64,000 nt of DNA, taken from NCBI RefSeq assembly GCF_964194025.1, contig NC_134468.1, positions 29,760,001 through 29,824,000 of the forward strand. The letters run 5' to 3'. This stretch comes from Convolutriloba macropyga. Its lineage: Eukaryota. Positions 1 through 14,029 of this stretch are shown piece by piece. The position numbers and the translations under genes were made by a program. The notes under the pieces were generated by a model. It saw nothing but the letters and a program-made list of their open reading frames with translations. It did not search any database and was not told the origin of the DNA. Position 1 is the first letter of the stretch; every line of letters starts with the position of its first letter.

Positions 1-3000
1 TCACTGCACAAATAAATGGAATGTGTTCAAACTTTGAGTGCGATAAAAGAGAAAAAGTAATCTTTTTATTAGTCCGCAAAAACCCTTGTGCAATCTGCAA
101 AATTTTTATCAACATTAAAAAGCTTGCCCAATAAATTTCTAAAGTAAAGGAAAAGCTGCATCGAAAAAGTCCAGCCAAAAGTGAAATGTTGAGCAAATCT
201 TTTATTCTTGTTTGTTTGTTTGTTTATTTGTTTGTGTAGCATGCCATGCGGATGATAAAATTTGCGGCAAGAAGAATTGAGGGACGTAATGACAAGAATT
301 AAGATGCGGAAATATTGGTAAGCTGGCTGTGAAAATGTCTATTGATACTCCTCTTATACTGCAGTAATCTAGAGAACACCACCTGATCTAGTTGTGTATT
401 ATCATGGATATACCGCAACAATGAACAAACAAACAAACAAACAAGCCGCTCAACCGAAGAGCGTACGCTCAAGCAGCTAAAATTTAACCGATGCGTCAAA
501 TTCTGTAACTGCAATCGGTGCATAAAGTTTCTTGAGAAAATTATTCTTAAAGGGAAGCACTAAATTTTTTAGTACTTTTAAGAAAACTTTTTGAAAAAAT
601 GCTTGCTCACAGCATATTTTTCCTGGAATCTATTAAAAAACGTCCTATTATTAACTATTTTTTAAAAAAAAAACCTTTTTAGGAACATAGCGATTCCGGC
701 AATAAAATTCCACTTTTTCAAGTATAAATGCATGAGTGGTGAAGACAAAAAACCTTCGAAAAACAGATTACACGATTTAAAAAAGTCTTATTTTTTGCTG
801 CACCAAAGATCTGGTTTTTGTCTGGAATCACTTTCGGTTTAGTGAGCGAAAGTGTTGGCATAGACTAAAAATGGTTTATTGGCCATTGGAGCGTATCGAC
901 ATAATCTCCACTCTACTGCCTTTGAGAGAGTAAAAAAGTGTACTGCGTGTATTATTACAGTGTACTATGATGATACACGGCATTAAGAGGCCTCTCCAAA
1001 TCGAAAATGGATCACTTCTGAATAAATTACAGCCTCAAGGGGACCGCGCACCTTTTGTCAAGGGAGGGTGGGAGCGGTGGCAGGGGTGTCTGCTTCTGCC
1101 TCTAGTTTTTGTGGGGTGAGCTAATGACAATTTACAACAAGGGCGCCGAACGTAATTGTGTTCTAAGATTAACTCTAAGCGAGCAAGCGTGTTATCACCC
1201 CCCCCCCCCCCTCCCCGACTTCCCCTCACTTTCATTCGGTGCCAGGTCCGTCATATTTGTATAAAAAGGCAAATATAGAGGTTAGGGGTCTGTACGTGCA
1301 TGTATAGTGAGGTACTTAATGTAGATGGTTTAAAAACTGCTCAAGCGAGGGAGGGAATATATTTTTCACTTTTCATACCCCCTGTATATTTAATTATTTT
1401 TTCCTGTTATCTCGCCATTCTCCCGAAATAGACTGGGGATAATTTTGCCCTAATTTTGCAAATAGAATATGCTTTGGAGTTTCGTATGTCCACAAACCGA
1501 TTGGATTAAACAGATAAAATAGTGTTTAACTAAGTTTAAAAAAAGGTTTTTAAAAGACCCAAATAGAAACCCTTTTGACCAACTTGAGACATTTCATCAC
1601 TTCCGTGAATGTAGGGGGTAATTAAACTGAAAAACAGCGCTTCCACTCTTATTAAGCGCCATTAGAACACCAAAGAGGGTAATTAAATAAAGGCACCAAA
1701 ATAATCACCGAGAAAAAAACATGAAATCACCTTCAAACGTTTTACCTTGTTTCAATGTTATCAACCTTTACACGGTTTATTTAAATGAATACGAATGTAT
1801 AAGAAAGCTCAACGAATCAAAACTAGGTCAGATATGAACAACGCAAACGTTTGAGTTGTACAAATTTTCCATAAACTGCGGTAACAAATTGAATAAGTAG
1901 ATGAAAAGAAGATCAAATGCTCATTTCAGGAGCACTTCTGAATTGAGTAATTGAATAAAAACGTTTTGCATAATAATCATAGCAGAAAACAGGAGTTACT
2001 TACATTGCTAAGTTAATCTGTGTTGTTGTTTTTAGCCATACGAAAACGTGCACAAATTGTTTTTTTCCTGATCACCCATCATACAATTTTCCTTGATATC
2101 ATACAAGGTCATATATGATGCTTGCTAATCATGCAGGGTCGTATTTGATTATTACGATTTTCTGGTTGTCATACAAAAAATCATGTACAATTATACAAGG
2201 AATGATGATCTCCTTGGTTTCACAAAACGATCATACTAACATAAAAGTATGGACTGTATGAAATCACATATGATTCTTGCATGAAATCAAAGAAAATAAC
2301 TGGATCTGAGTTAGCTACAAAAATAGATTGCAAATCCAACCCACCCGTTTTCTCACGAAGTTAATGAAAAATTGTTCTCATTGCATCAAAAAGACAGGTT
2401 ACAGCTAAGATTACAGCTAAGATTGCAGCATCAAAAAGCTTCCAAAAACAAAGCTTAAAAATTTAAGCAGAAAGTCTCCAGTTTTTTATTGTCTAAAATG
2501 TATTTAGGTTGCAATAGAATTTAGTCAATTATTTTAATTATATTTAATAAATCTTCTGAAAAATTAATAAACCCTCAAAAACCCAATTAGAAAAACAACA
2601 AAATAAACTCGTATAAAAATACCGCTGACAAAATAGAGAAACCTAGGAGATCTAAACAAATTGTTGCACTAAACATAAACTCCGTTGAAAACTGAATATC
2701 AGTTTCATCATTTTATAAGTTGATTTCTTTAACTATAGCCACTCTTGTTTTTAGTTTCTTTTTCAGTATTGGCACGCAACGAATCGCTTGTAAAGTTTTA
2801 TTTCTTACCAACTTCAGAAAATGAAGAAATGATTGAATTAATCTTAGAAAAAGATGAAACCCAGAAACACTCAAAAACATTTAATCAGTTTGTGTTCAAG
2901 GACTAATTACAGGCACAACAGAACACGGAAAGAAAAAGATAGAAAAATAGAAAAAAATACGAAAGACAACTAAATAAATTTAAACTAATTTTCTTCACAA

Positions 3001-6000
3001 ACAGATCACGAAGTTTTAAAATTGGCCTTTAAGATAAAAAGAAGTAATCGTTTTTGATATCCAGAGTTTATTAGAAGAAAAATTTGAAAGAGAAAACAAG
3101 AAAAATTTCCATAAAAATAGAAAATATTTTAAGTGATAGAAACAATATAATTTTAGAAACTAAAAAGTAAAAATCTCAAAAAACAATTCCAGACAAAATT
3201 CTGCTGGTCTAAAACTTGCTAACATAGTCCTCAAATGCAAAAAAAACACCGTCAATTATTAACATCCGTTATTAAAACTCAAATTGCAGAAGAAAGCAAA
3301 CGTTGATATCACATACCATGCTTCAACTACATTGCATGAGTATGAAAAATAAACGATTGCTGTATTTCATTCACAAACTATTCGAGCATTCTTACAGAAT
3401 TTGTTTTCCAACAAAATAATGTTAATCCTGTCTGATTTTTTGTATTTACACCTCGAAAAACCCAAAGAATCACATGCTAATTTTCACACCACAATCATCC
3501 AGGACAATGAACGATCAACGGCGAATTGATAGAAAATGCCTGTGCTGATTCCCCTGACCTTGCGTGGAATCTGAATTTCAACTGAGATCATAGATGCTTG
3601 AAAAATTTTCGAAATTTCAATTAAATTTACGTTTTCTTATCACAAAGAAAAGTAATTAAGTCTGAAGTTCTCAATAGTTTTAGGTTTTCAGCAGCGACAT
3701 GAAGTGTTACTTTATTGGCGGTATAAAATTTTTTTCCTCATAGAAATGTTTTCCCAATTTGCTCATTTCCAAAACCAAGAAGATAATTTTTTGCCTTCAT
3801 CTCATGAAGTAGTGGATAAGAAACAATATAGCAACTGTCAAAGTTCCCTGTGACTTTTCTTTCTGTTTCCCAATTTACTGCCAAATCGCTTACCAATCGG
3901 TTTTTTAGAAATAATTTTAAAATCAGCGGTCAGGGGAGCAATATTTATCTGTCAGGCAAAGATTTTATGAACAGAGACATTTTTGCACAGAAAAAAGTTT
4001 GGGGTGTATTGTACTCATCTTGCACAGAAACGCAGAAGGTAAAAAACCTTTGCATGTTTTTGCGAGACAAATTAGATTCAACCTTTTGAAAGAGGAAGCC
4101 AGCAATCCAATCTATCAATTATCAAGTAACCTCAAAAATTTTGAACTTTAGATTTAAACAGTTTTTTAAGCTGATATTTTTGGTAAAACAGCATTGCTAA
4201 AGCCACGATGCTGTTTTCTGATCAACCCCTAGACAATTGCAATTGGAATAGACATAAATGACGGTAGCTGAAATCTCTCAACCTCTACTGCAGTTAAGCA
4301 TTTTCCGTCAATTTTTATTACCGGGTTCCTTTACAGATCACTTTGATCTCATTGGGCGGAGTTCCATTTTTCTTTTTACTCTAATAAAGTAGTTCAGAGA
4401 TAAAATCATTAAGCAAGAAACAATTCAGATTTACGGAATTGGCACAAAATATAAGAGAAAAAAATAAAAACGATTTAGAGACTTATCCATATGCATATCT
4501 TCCCTTACTTAACAGTTCTCGCAAATGTCAGGTTATAAAAAAGCATATATATCTTTCTATAATAATCTTTCTGACCTTTTAAGTTTTTTATGAACATGCA
4601 ATTAATTTCACGTATAATAAATTTGGAATGACAAATATTCAACTTTCAAATTTGTGATAACTAAGACTTTTTTTGCTCGTTGTCCTACTTCAATTTCGGT
4701 CACGGCCGTCGAGCTTCGACGAATACAAAAAACAAAAATAATAGTAATAACGAGTCTCTTTATTTCTTAAGAAGACACAAGAAACGTTTTAATGCTGCCT
4801 GATTTTATTAAAACTTTTTTCCGCAAGACTTTTCAGCAAACGTTTTTTCATTTAATTTATTTTACTGTGATAACAAAAATGGTTTTGGAAAATATTTATG
4901 AGCTAACAAAAAATAGAGGCAGGCGATCACATATAAGCTCAAGTTAGGCACATTAGCCTGAACATTTATACTGGTGCATAATTATGTTCAATGAATAAAT
5001 CAATATACGCTTTTTTGATAACCAAACTACCTCTTTTCAGTTTTTTCAAATTGATTGCTTGGTGTGCGAACGCATATTTCCAATATTCGTTCTGATTTTG
5101 TCATCACGAATGCCAAAAAGTACTAGAAATACGTTTTACTTTAAAGAAAGAACGGGAGCAGAGAAGCAGAAATTATAGAAGAACAGAAGAATCCTGCACG
5201 TCATGAAGAACTCATATGGAATCTATAGTCTGCCTCCGCCCCCAAGTTTATTAAATGACCTCCACTTACAAATCATGTGTTGTGTATATAGCACGTTACT
5301 ATTTTAAATATGTGCATTTGGGAGGGGGTGGGGTTGGGGAAGTAAAAGTTATATGCCAATTAACCGGGGGGGGGGGGGGGGACAATCCTTCAACTGACCT
5401 TTTCTCCTTGCAGGAACAGGCGATGGCTCCTCTTCATCAGATGATGAAACGTAGCTTTCAAATAGATACTCCATGTCCGGACAACACTTTCTCCTTTTTC
5501 ACTTCAGGGGGTTGTTGCAGACTTCTTCTTCTGTCACAGCAAGCTAATTAGTGGCATAAAGTTTACAAACAGTGAAACTGCATTCTTAAAAAATCTCTGT
5601 TGTATATTTATCTCAGTGTTTCATTAATATATCATGAAATGTTTAATTAAAAATTGCCACGAATCCGACGCGAAATAGATAAACTTAGACGACGATCTAA
5701 ATTTTCTAGCACCATCTATTTGTCAAGATAGTTTCTTCATATAATTTTCAACCATAGTGTTGCACGAAGTGGTAGAAAAATTTTCCTAATTATTTCTTTC
5801 CCCTCAGAATAACAAAATCTCTTCGGAAATGGTCAACAACAAAAAGTTATTCTTCTGATTATAGCCGATGGCAATAACAATCGCATTAATTGAAAACCGA
5901 ATTGAAATAAAATCATACAAGGCGGAGCTGCGAGCTGTTTAGTTTTTCATGAAGATCATGGAATTAGGCTCTTATCTACTCGAAGAATTCGTCATAATAC

Positions 6001-7289
6001 AGAATTAGCCGACGGATTGATAACGCCACAAAGTAAACCTAAATGCATATTTGGTCCAGCAGATCTCAGTTACCTTAGGTAGTTTGAGAATCTAAATCCT
6101 AAAAAAATATATATATGCCATTCGTTAATTGGCGCCGTGATCAGTTATGCGCTCGGTCATTATTGACAATAGCAATTTGCGGTCATACCTTTTGCGGTAT
6201 TAAGATGAACGAATCTGTTACTCGTAATTTAACGCAATAAAACTAAGTAATATTGAAAAAAAAGCAACGAAAGATCGAAAAAAATTTGATTTATCAAACT
6301 TTCATACACTGGTAACATGACAGCAAAAACCTTTGTTTATGTTGTATATTTTTAAACTGAACGCAGTTCCTCTGTTTTTTTTGTCAGCAAACAAATTTGG
6401 CTCACTGTTTACTTGACTCCGTTCCCCAAATTTAAATTCCGAAATTTAAAAAAAAAACAACAAGTAAACAAAGTTTGCACAAGTATGAAGCACTCCACTT
6501 TGAAGTGTGAAGGAATAAAACAGCGTGTTGGTTTTTGTTAAATATTCCACATACACTTAAAACTGGTGATATCGTAATATAGTTTAGTTATGTTCTTTAG
6601 TTCTTTTGTAGTAGTTTCCACGCATTAAGTAAAAAGGAGAGGAGGAATAGACGCAATATGTGTTTGAGAATTCCAAGTGAACTAAAGTCAGCAGGAAAAA
6701 GTGAAACTCAGTTTCCACATCCACACAAAACAGTCTGTCAAAATCTGTGACAAAGTGGAGCTGCAGTTCAGAGACAAAACAAAACAAAAGAAATCAAAGA
6801 CAAGTTTCGTGAATTTGTAGCAAAACAAAAACCAAGTTAGAAAGAACTTCAATTTGAGCCTCGATCGAAGTACCAAGTATTCTTTCTAGTAAATGCCGAT
6901 CTTCAAAAATACGTTTAGTTGTGCTTCAAAACACGAGATAAGTGCCTTTACTCGGTTTGATACTCTTTGAACACATTGTCAACTTTCATTTGTGTTTTGC
7001 AGTTAAATACCTACCAAAACAAATTTTATATTATTAACATCATCGAGTGCGCGTCGATCATTAGCCACAAGTTTTCAAAAACTTCTAAGCTAGATGAAAA
7101 CAAAGAGGCTCGTTAATATGCGTTTGCACATGATGTTCCGGACCCGCGCTCATCTACATTTTTGACTTAACTGTCTTTTGACATAAATTTTTGACAAAGA
7201 GACAATCAAAAAGAGATGTTTGAGTTTAAAAAAATCGTTACAAAATCAAAATAATAATTGACTAAAATAATGCCATGCCTCATTACAAC

Positions 7290-10200
7290 AAGATCAGCCA
7301 TTAAAAAGACTACGAAAAACAACAACAACAGCAAAAAGTAAAAACAAATATTTCACGGCAAAAACTCAATATCTTAATTTAAAAGCACTTAGTAACAACT
7401 TCAAATTACAATCAGAAAAAACCCTAAATACACAAATTTATTTTTCGCTAATTACGCATCAGATGGGATTTTTTTTAATGAGACTAGGTAACAAGTCGAC
7501 AAAAAGAAGAAATAATGAAGGGAAATTCAAAAATCTATCAACAATTTCAAAACCAAGTAATTTCAAGTCTTAAAAATAATTAGCTTTTAACAAAACAATT
7601 TTCCATAAATTTACTAAAAAGTCACAATGAAACCAATATGACCTGTCTCTGATTAGACTAAGCTATCGAAACGGACTAAAACTGCAGAAAAACTCAAAAA
7701 ATTACAAAAAAAGAAAAATCAAAAACATAGCAAAAACACAAAATTAGTGAAGCCATTAAAATCATTAGCTATTATCTGATTTTTATGCATTTTTATTTCA
7801 AATTCTTTTCATACTAATTCAACTGAAATTATACTGAGTGAATAAAGTTCATATGGGTCTCATTTGGAATTCATTCATTGGGATCTGCTATTACGCGATT
7901 TTTTCTTAAAGGACGGGAAAAAGAAACGAAAATACAGCACTCACGTAACTTTTTATGAAAACGCATTTTATCCAAGCAAAACATCAGTTACGTCATAAAA
8001 TCAGAAAACATGTTAATTTTTAAAAGACAAGAAATTGTATGGGACCTTAAAATCATTAAAAATCATTAAAAATCATTAAAAATCTTAAAATTGTATAATA
8101 TCATTATCTTTAAGACCACTCGCAACAAACTGACTGCTTCGGGTAACATCACTCATTCAACCATTATTTACAAGCTTATGGGACAAAAAAATGTCGAAGC
8201 CATTAAAAAACGAACTTTTCAGTACAATCTGTTCTACTGTCAATTAATTTTTTTAACAGCAATGGGTTTTTATTAACAATTTGACTCCAATAAATCAACA
8301 AACACGAACAAATACATCAATTAACCCTGCAACTTTTGAGAAAACCCGCAGTATCAACGCCATTAAATTCAACAGATTCAACGGCAGCTATTAAATACCC
8401 TAATTAAGCCCTGATGAGACAACAGGGATGTTTTTCATTCAGAAGTCAACAATAAAACATTGCAAAAAGTCATTGACTAAGGAAACGACAACAAATATAG
8501 GCAAAATCCAGAAAGAAAGTAGAAAAATGCGACAGGAAAATGTCGAAGCCATTTAAACCACAAGTTGTTCTCCGAGAATTTTATGTATGATCTATTGAGC
8601 GTCATCTAGGAGCCATTGCAACTATCAGTATTAGTATAATGGGTTAAGATTCCACAAGGAACAAAAAAACAAAAAAAATTACAAAAATTAAAAAAAAAAT
8701 ATGAAACCTAGTGCATCGAAGTTATATCACCAATAGTTAGAAAATAAAACCCTTAATTAGATTAATTTTTGTTTGAAATAGAAATGAAGGGTCGAGTTCC
8801 TCACTGAGACTGACTTACAGTTCACGAAAAACAAAACTAAAATTAAGATCGGTCAATTTACAAAAAAAAAATTCAAAAAATTATTATTAAAGTTTTAACA
8901 GCCATTAAATTCAAAAGCTTTCAACGGAAGTCAATAAGTACGCTTATATGGCGCGTAAGTTTCGATTTGAAAACAAGAGTCTTTGTCATTTATGGGTAAT
9001 CAATAAGACACCACACTGAGTGTTATAAATATCGAACAAGGAATAAAGGCAAAAACCAAAAACTCAGTAGACAATTGCGAGAGGAAAGTGTCGAAGCCAA
9101 CTAAACCATAAGTTTTTTCTGAATGCTTTATCCATGATTCACTGAACGTCTTCTCTATGCCAGAAAGATTTATTAATCTCAGGATAATGTGATGAGAATT
9201 CAAGAGGAAACAATAATAATAAAATATCACAACAAATTTTTAAAAAAAATTTGATTTCTTGTGGCTTTGATGTCGTATAACAAATAGCTATAGGATAAAA
9301 ATGCTATCCGGATTTTTTTTGGTTGCAGACGAATGAGAGGGGAACTTAAATTACTGAGACTTCAACTTTGGAAAATAAGTTAATAATCAGTTAATGTCAA
9401 CAAAACTTTCTCGAAAAATCAATTTTAAAGCCTTAACAGCCATTAGTTGTTCATTGAAAGCTCTAGATAGGTTCACTTAATGTTCATTATGAAATTGCAC
9501 GTTTAGTCAACGAGACTATGCCGTAGGACTCCAAAAAATTTGTGAAACCTCAAAAAAAATATCAAAACTATATTTAAAATTACAAATTCTCAGAGTCGAA
9601 GCCAAAAAAAACAAGCGATTACTTGAAGAGGAATGTTTTCTTCATTGGGCTTCAATCCCGTTGGTCACTAACGGAACCTAGAAGTGAAAAGTGACTAGTA
9701 TCTAGGTGACCCAAGAAAACAAAAAAAAATAGAAGTTTGATTTAAAAAAAAGAGCTCTCGAGTAGAATTGGATTTTTTTTATTGTAAATTCCCCTATGAG
9801 ACAGATCTAGTTATTAAATCGTTTTTCGTTTATTTTAGGACTCAAAATTAATTCATTTTTTGGCATGAAATGTAATTCATGCCAAAAAATGAATTAATGG
9901 AAAAATTTAATAAAAAGTATGTTTTTTTGATGAAAATTTGCACTAAAAGTGAACAAAATCATGCAAAATATTCCATTTTCACACAAAACTTCAATCCTCA
10001 ATATCTCCTCAAAAAAACAAAATGAAAAAAAAGCTTTTTAGTTTTGAATTCTACGCTGGACGAGCTTTTAAATGATACCACTCACATTTCTCTACGGTGA
10101 ATATATCGATCGGCCAAAACTGGCTTAGAGCTCACGAAAAACGAAAATAAACTTAAGATCGGTTGATTTTCAAAAGAAAATTTTCGTAAAAACTACTTTT

Positions 10201-10440
10201 AAAGTTTTAACAGCCATTAAACTCAAAAGCTTTCAACAGAAGTCAAAAAACACGCTTATATGGAGCGTAGGTTTTGATTGGAGGACAAGAGTATTCGTCA
10301 TGCATAGGTAATCAATAAGAAACCACACTGAGTCTTATAACTATCGGAACAACAACAAGTACAGGCAAAAACAATCAAAAACTCAGTAGACAAGTGCGAG
10401 AGGAGAGTGTCGAAGCCAATTAAATCATAAGTTTCTGAAT
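7290..10440. repeat. Decayed tandem repeat (~540-bp period) with recurring GTCGAAGCCA and CAGCCATTAAA motifs
   Basis: GCCATTA-type motifs at ~8357, 8897, 9435 and 10209; GTCGAAGCCA at ~8193, 8542, 9090, 9595 and 10409; segment ~8820-9120 recurs at ~10130-10440. Confidence 0.55.
9847..9898. repeat. Perfect 23-bp inverted repeat with 6-nt loop
   Basis: ATTAATTCATTTTTTGGCATGAA-atgtaa-TTCATGCCAAAAAATGAATTAAT read directly. Confidence 0.9.
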
Positions 10441-12848
10441 ACGTTGATTTTTTTTCACATTTTGACTAAAACTTCGCCAGTTTTGCTGAAATTTGATATA
10501 AATTTTTTTAAGAAAGTCTTGTTGATTTCATTTGTAAAGACAAACAATTATTGCCGGCTATTTTTATTAAATTCATTTGTCCAAAATTCTGGCTAAATAT
10601 TTCAAAATTAAGACTTTTTCATCAAAGATTACGAAATAAGCTTCTTTAGTCCACTTTGATTAAAATTACAGGAAGTACACACTCAAACACCACTTACACC
10701 ACCTTTTCAGACTCAAAAGGGGGCAATTTCTACTTCAAGTTCCGTTGACAGTGCTCTGTAAATAAAACGTTGCCGTTTTTTCATAATTTTCTATGTCGAT
10801 TATCAAAAATGCAGCAACTGTTTTTGATTTTTATCTAACAAAATATCTACATCTATAGACTTTGAATATTTAAGCGTTCTTAATGGACAAACATTATCAA
10901 CAGGGCTAGTTTTGGACCAATCCTGGACTGGTATAATCGAAAAATAGTTCGGATTGTAATCAGTCTTTTTACGAAAAAATCTCGATTTTTTTTAATTGAA
11001 TACCAGAACATTTCAAACCAAAGCTCACTAATGATAGGCCCAATTGGCTTCATATTCAACTCCCCACTGTTGTATCTAATATAAAACTTGTAGGCTTAAG
11101 GCTTTTAAAAGTATTTGATTTTTAAATGAAAAATGGCTTATTGAAATTTGCCTCCATTTTTCTCTTAATTTGGTCAACTTGTAGCTTATTGTCAGCAATG
11201 AAAGAAAGCTTCTTCAGTTTGCTTTCAGAGTGCTTGCAGTCTTAGGCCTCACTTTGTGGTTTTGTGGTAATTTTAGGTTTTTGCCCATTTTTCACGTTTT
11301 CCAGTTTTGTCACCTTATCACGTTATTGACGGTTTATATATCACATTATTGGCATTCAAAATCAAGCACAATGTATAATTTCAATTTTTTTAAGATATAG
11401 ATTATGTCGAATATAGATTATTATCTCGAAGAATTTAATTGAATTTTTTAAATTTTTATTTGACTGTCGTTATTACTTTGTCTTTTAAGTCGTAGGAAAT
11501 TTCCTGTACATTGACCCGGTTTCATTTTCCTTTTCACCAAAAAGTACAAGAGCCGATAGTCTGATATTAGTAGATAGCTGATGGCTTTCATGACTCTGAA
11601 AACATTTGTTTTCCAAAATAGACAAAAACACTTGTTGGCTTTGCAATTTTGTTCCTTTTATTGTCTGTTTGTTATCTAGTCTCGTTCATTATAGGCCAAA
11701 TATGACATTTTTGTGGTCAAAAGAGGGTGTCAAAAAGGATAGGCGTCACAAAATGTATTGTTTTCAAAGAATTCGTTATGACTTTACTGGCTTCGACCCG
11801 GAAAAGGAAGTAAATTAAATTTTGATTTTTGTCATGTTTGATGTTCTTTTTGTAGACGTAAGACATATTCTTGACAATTGCGATTTTTAAGGGCTCCGTT
11901 TGAAAGAATAAACAAACCTATTTTATCAATTCATCTTGTAGTTAATGGCTTTTATGTCTTTGGAACTAATTCTTTTCGAAAAAACAATTACTTAATTACT
12001 TAATTTTGATTTTTTTATCTTTTTTGCCTGCTTGTTACCTAGTTTCATTAATGAGAGGTCACATAATATATTATCGGGGTTCACAGAAAGTGCAATTTAA
12101 CATAGTTGGGAGGACCAAAGTATGGCTTTACGGCTTCGAAAGCGTTTTCTGCCAAGTTTTAATTGATGTTTTGTTTGTTGTCCTTTTTTTAATTGCATAA
12201 AAAATTGAATACCGACAGTTCTTAATTCCTTCTATAAAAGCATTGGTAATCGTACACCTATGGTATAGTTTATTTGATTTCTAACGGTTTTCTTTAATTT
12301 GAAATTAATTGTTTTGAAAAAAATACGCGAATTTTTCAACTTTATTGTTTTTGTTCTCTATTGTCTAATTGTTCACAAGCCCTATTATGGGCTAGTCCCA
12401 TATCTCTTCTGGTGAATAATAAGTTATTTTGTTTAGTTTTAGTTTTATCTGACGCTGTTTTGACTTCGTTATTAAGCTTTGTTTTTAAAACGGACATGAA
12501 GTTTTTGATGTAATTAATGTTTGTTGTTGCTGTTTGATTTTGCTGTTCTTCTTGACTCGCTTTCTTAAAATTGGCAAGTCTTATCAATCTAATGCACCAT
12601 TTTACTATCCACCACTGAATTATTTGCTTCGGAGGCCATCTTTTTGTTATTTCACCTTTTTTTTGAAAATTACTTGAATTTTTGGGTTTTTCTATCTGTT
12701 CCTAATTTGGTAGTCAATCATGCCAAAATTGTGGATGAGCGGGGTCGGAAATTTATGTGCGATCGCACATTACAGAGTATCCTTGTTTCAATTCAAAATT
12801 GCTATTCAGGATAGCAGTTTCCAAATGAATTCTCAAATGAACAACCCC

Positions 12849-13263
12849 TGTCGTACTCAAAGAAAGTAGCTTAAAAGACGCTGTAGTTCGCGGCGTAATT
12901 TTGTGATTCGTGGCGTCGTAGTATTGTTAAATTTTTAACTATATTCGCCATAAAATTTTAAAAAAAATGTTTACATGTAGCAACAGCTTGCAAATCATAA
13001 ACTATGTAATTCTCAATGCAAAACGGGGAATTACAAGCGTCAATCAACTAATGATTTTTAAGTTAAATTACAGCAAAATGAAGTTCAACAAAGTAGCTAT
13101 CCAGACATTATGAACAGTGTTCGATCAATTCATAATTGTTTATAACTTCCAACATGAAACAATAAATACTTCAAAAATCAAAATTCGTGAAGTGGAATGA
13201 TAACAGAGGTTGCTATGAACATAAACAAATTACTAAATCAGTACTCTTAGATAATATACCAGA
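12849..13263 (-). mobile_element. Candidate 3' LTR of the old Gypsy/Mag relic
   Basis: Starts TGTCGTACTCAAAG (the young LTR starts TGTCGTACGCAAG); length ~415 bp versus 419; followed by TTTCCCCACCTT, a polypurine tract on the minus strand, in the expected position downstream of the integrase relic. Confidence 0.45.
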
Positions 13264-13580
13264 TTTCCCCACCTTACAGAAAGTAATATTTGCTTACTTC
13301 AATGTTTTTTTTTGTTTTAAAATATTGACAGGAAATTAGCATTAATATGCATTAGTTATGTGAAATAGTAGGTTTAGGTGCCCCATAAGATAGTTACAGC
13401 AGGTACTGGTTAGCAGAACTAATAGGTAAAATATGAATTTTGCTTTTTGAGTTTCTTCGCTCTTCGATTAATTGGCTTTTTCTTCAAGTACTGTGCAAAA
13501 TTGCACGTCAAGATTAGGCATCAGATACGTTTGCAACACTGGTGCATTGTGTAGTTAGCACGATCCAACTTCGGGTATAT

Positions 13581-14029
13581 TTAAGTTAATTGCTCAATTT
13601 TTATCCCGTGTTGCAATTGTTTGTAATGCTCTTTTGGATGGCATTTGGACTTGCAGGTTCTCGAAAATTTTGATTTTATTGACGATATGCAACGGATATC
13701 ATCTGGCAGAATACAGTAATTGATTTTTTCCACCCTCGTTTTTGCGGCGCCGATAGTTTGGCTGTTCTTGCACTTGCTCCGCCGTTGTTTTGTTCGACGG
13801 AGTGTTTGATCTTCGATTACCATAACATAAATGCTGTCAAGGCTATCTTTTTCGACTTCACCTCCGAATACGGCCATGTCAAATTTTCGTACAGTTGCAG
13901 GAAATTTTAGAAGTTCCTCAATCTTGAATGTTTCGTCTTCCCAACACTTCATAGAATCTTTATAAATCCTTCTCCGAGCTTTTATAAGGCTAGCTTTGTT
14001 TTTGCAATTTGTAGGTAGAGGGACACTTC
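13581..14029 (-). pseudogene. C-terminal integrase extension of an old Gypsy/Mag retrotransposon, left of the Maverick insertion
   Basis: TVRKFDMAVFGGEVEK aligns with TVRNSDIAKFGTREER of the young element; FYEVLG aligns with LYEVLA; SLYLQIAK aligns with AVQLNIAR. Confidence 0.75.

Noticed and set aside
1-5250. Short ORFs, homopolymer C/G runs, ATCATAC-rich tract (2085-2290) and 12-bp tandem (2398-2430)
   Set aside because: No recognisable protein, RNA gene or element boundaries.
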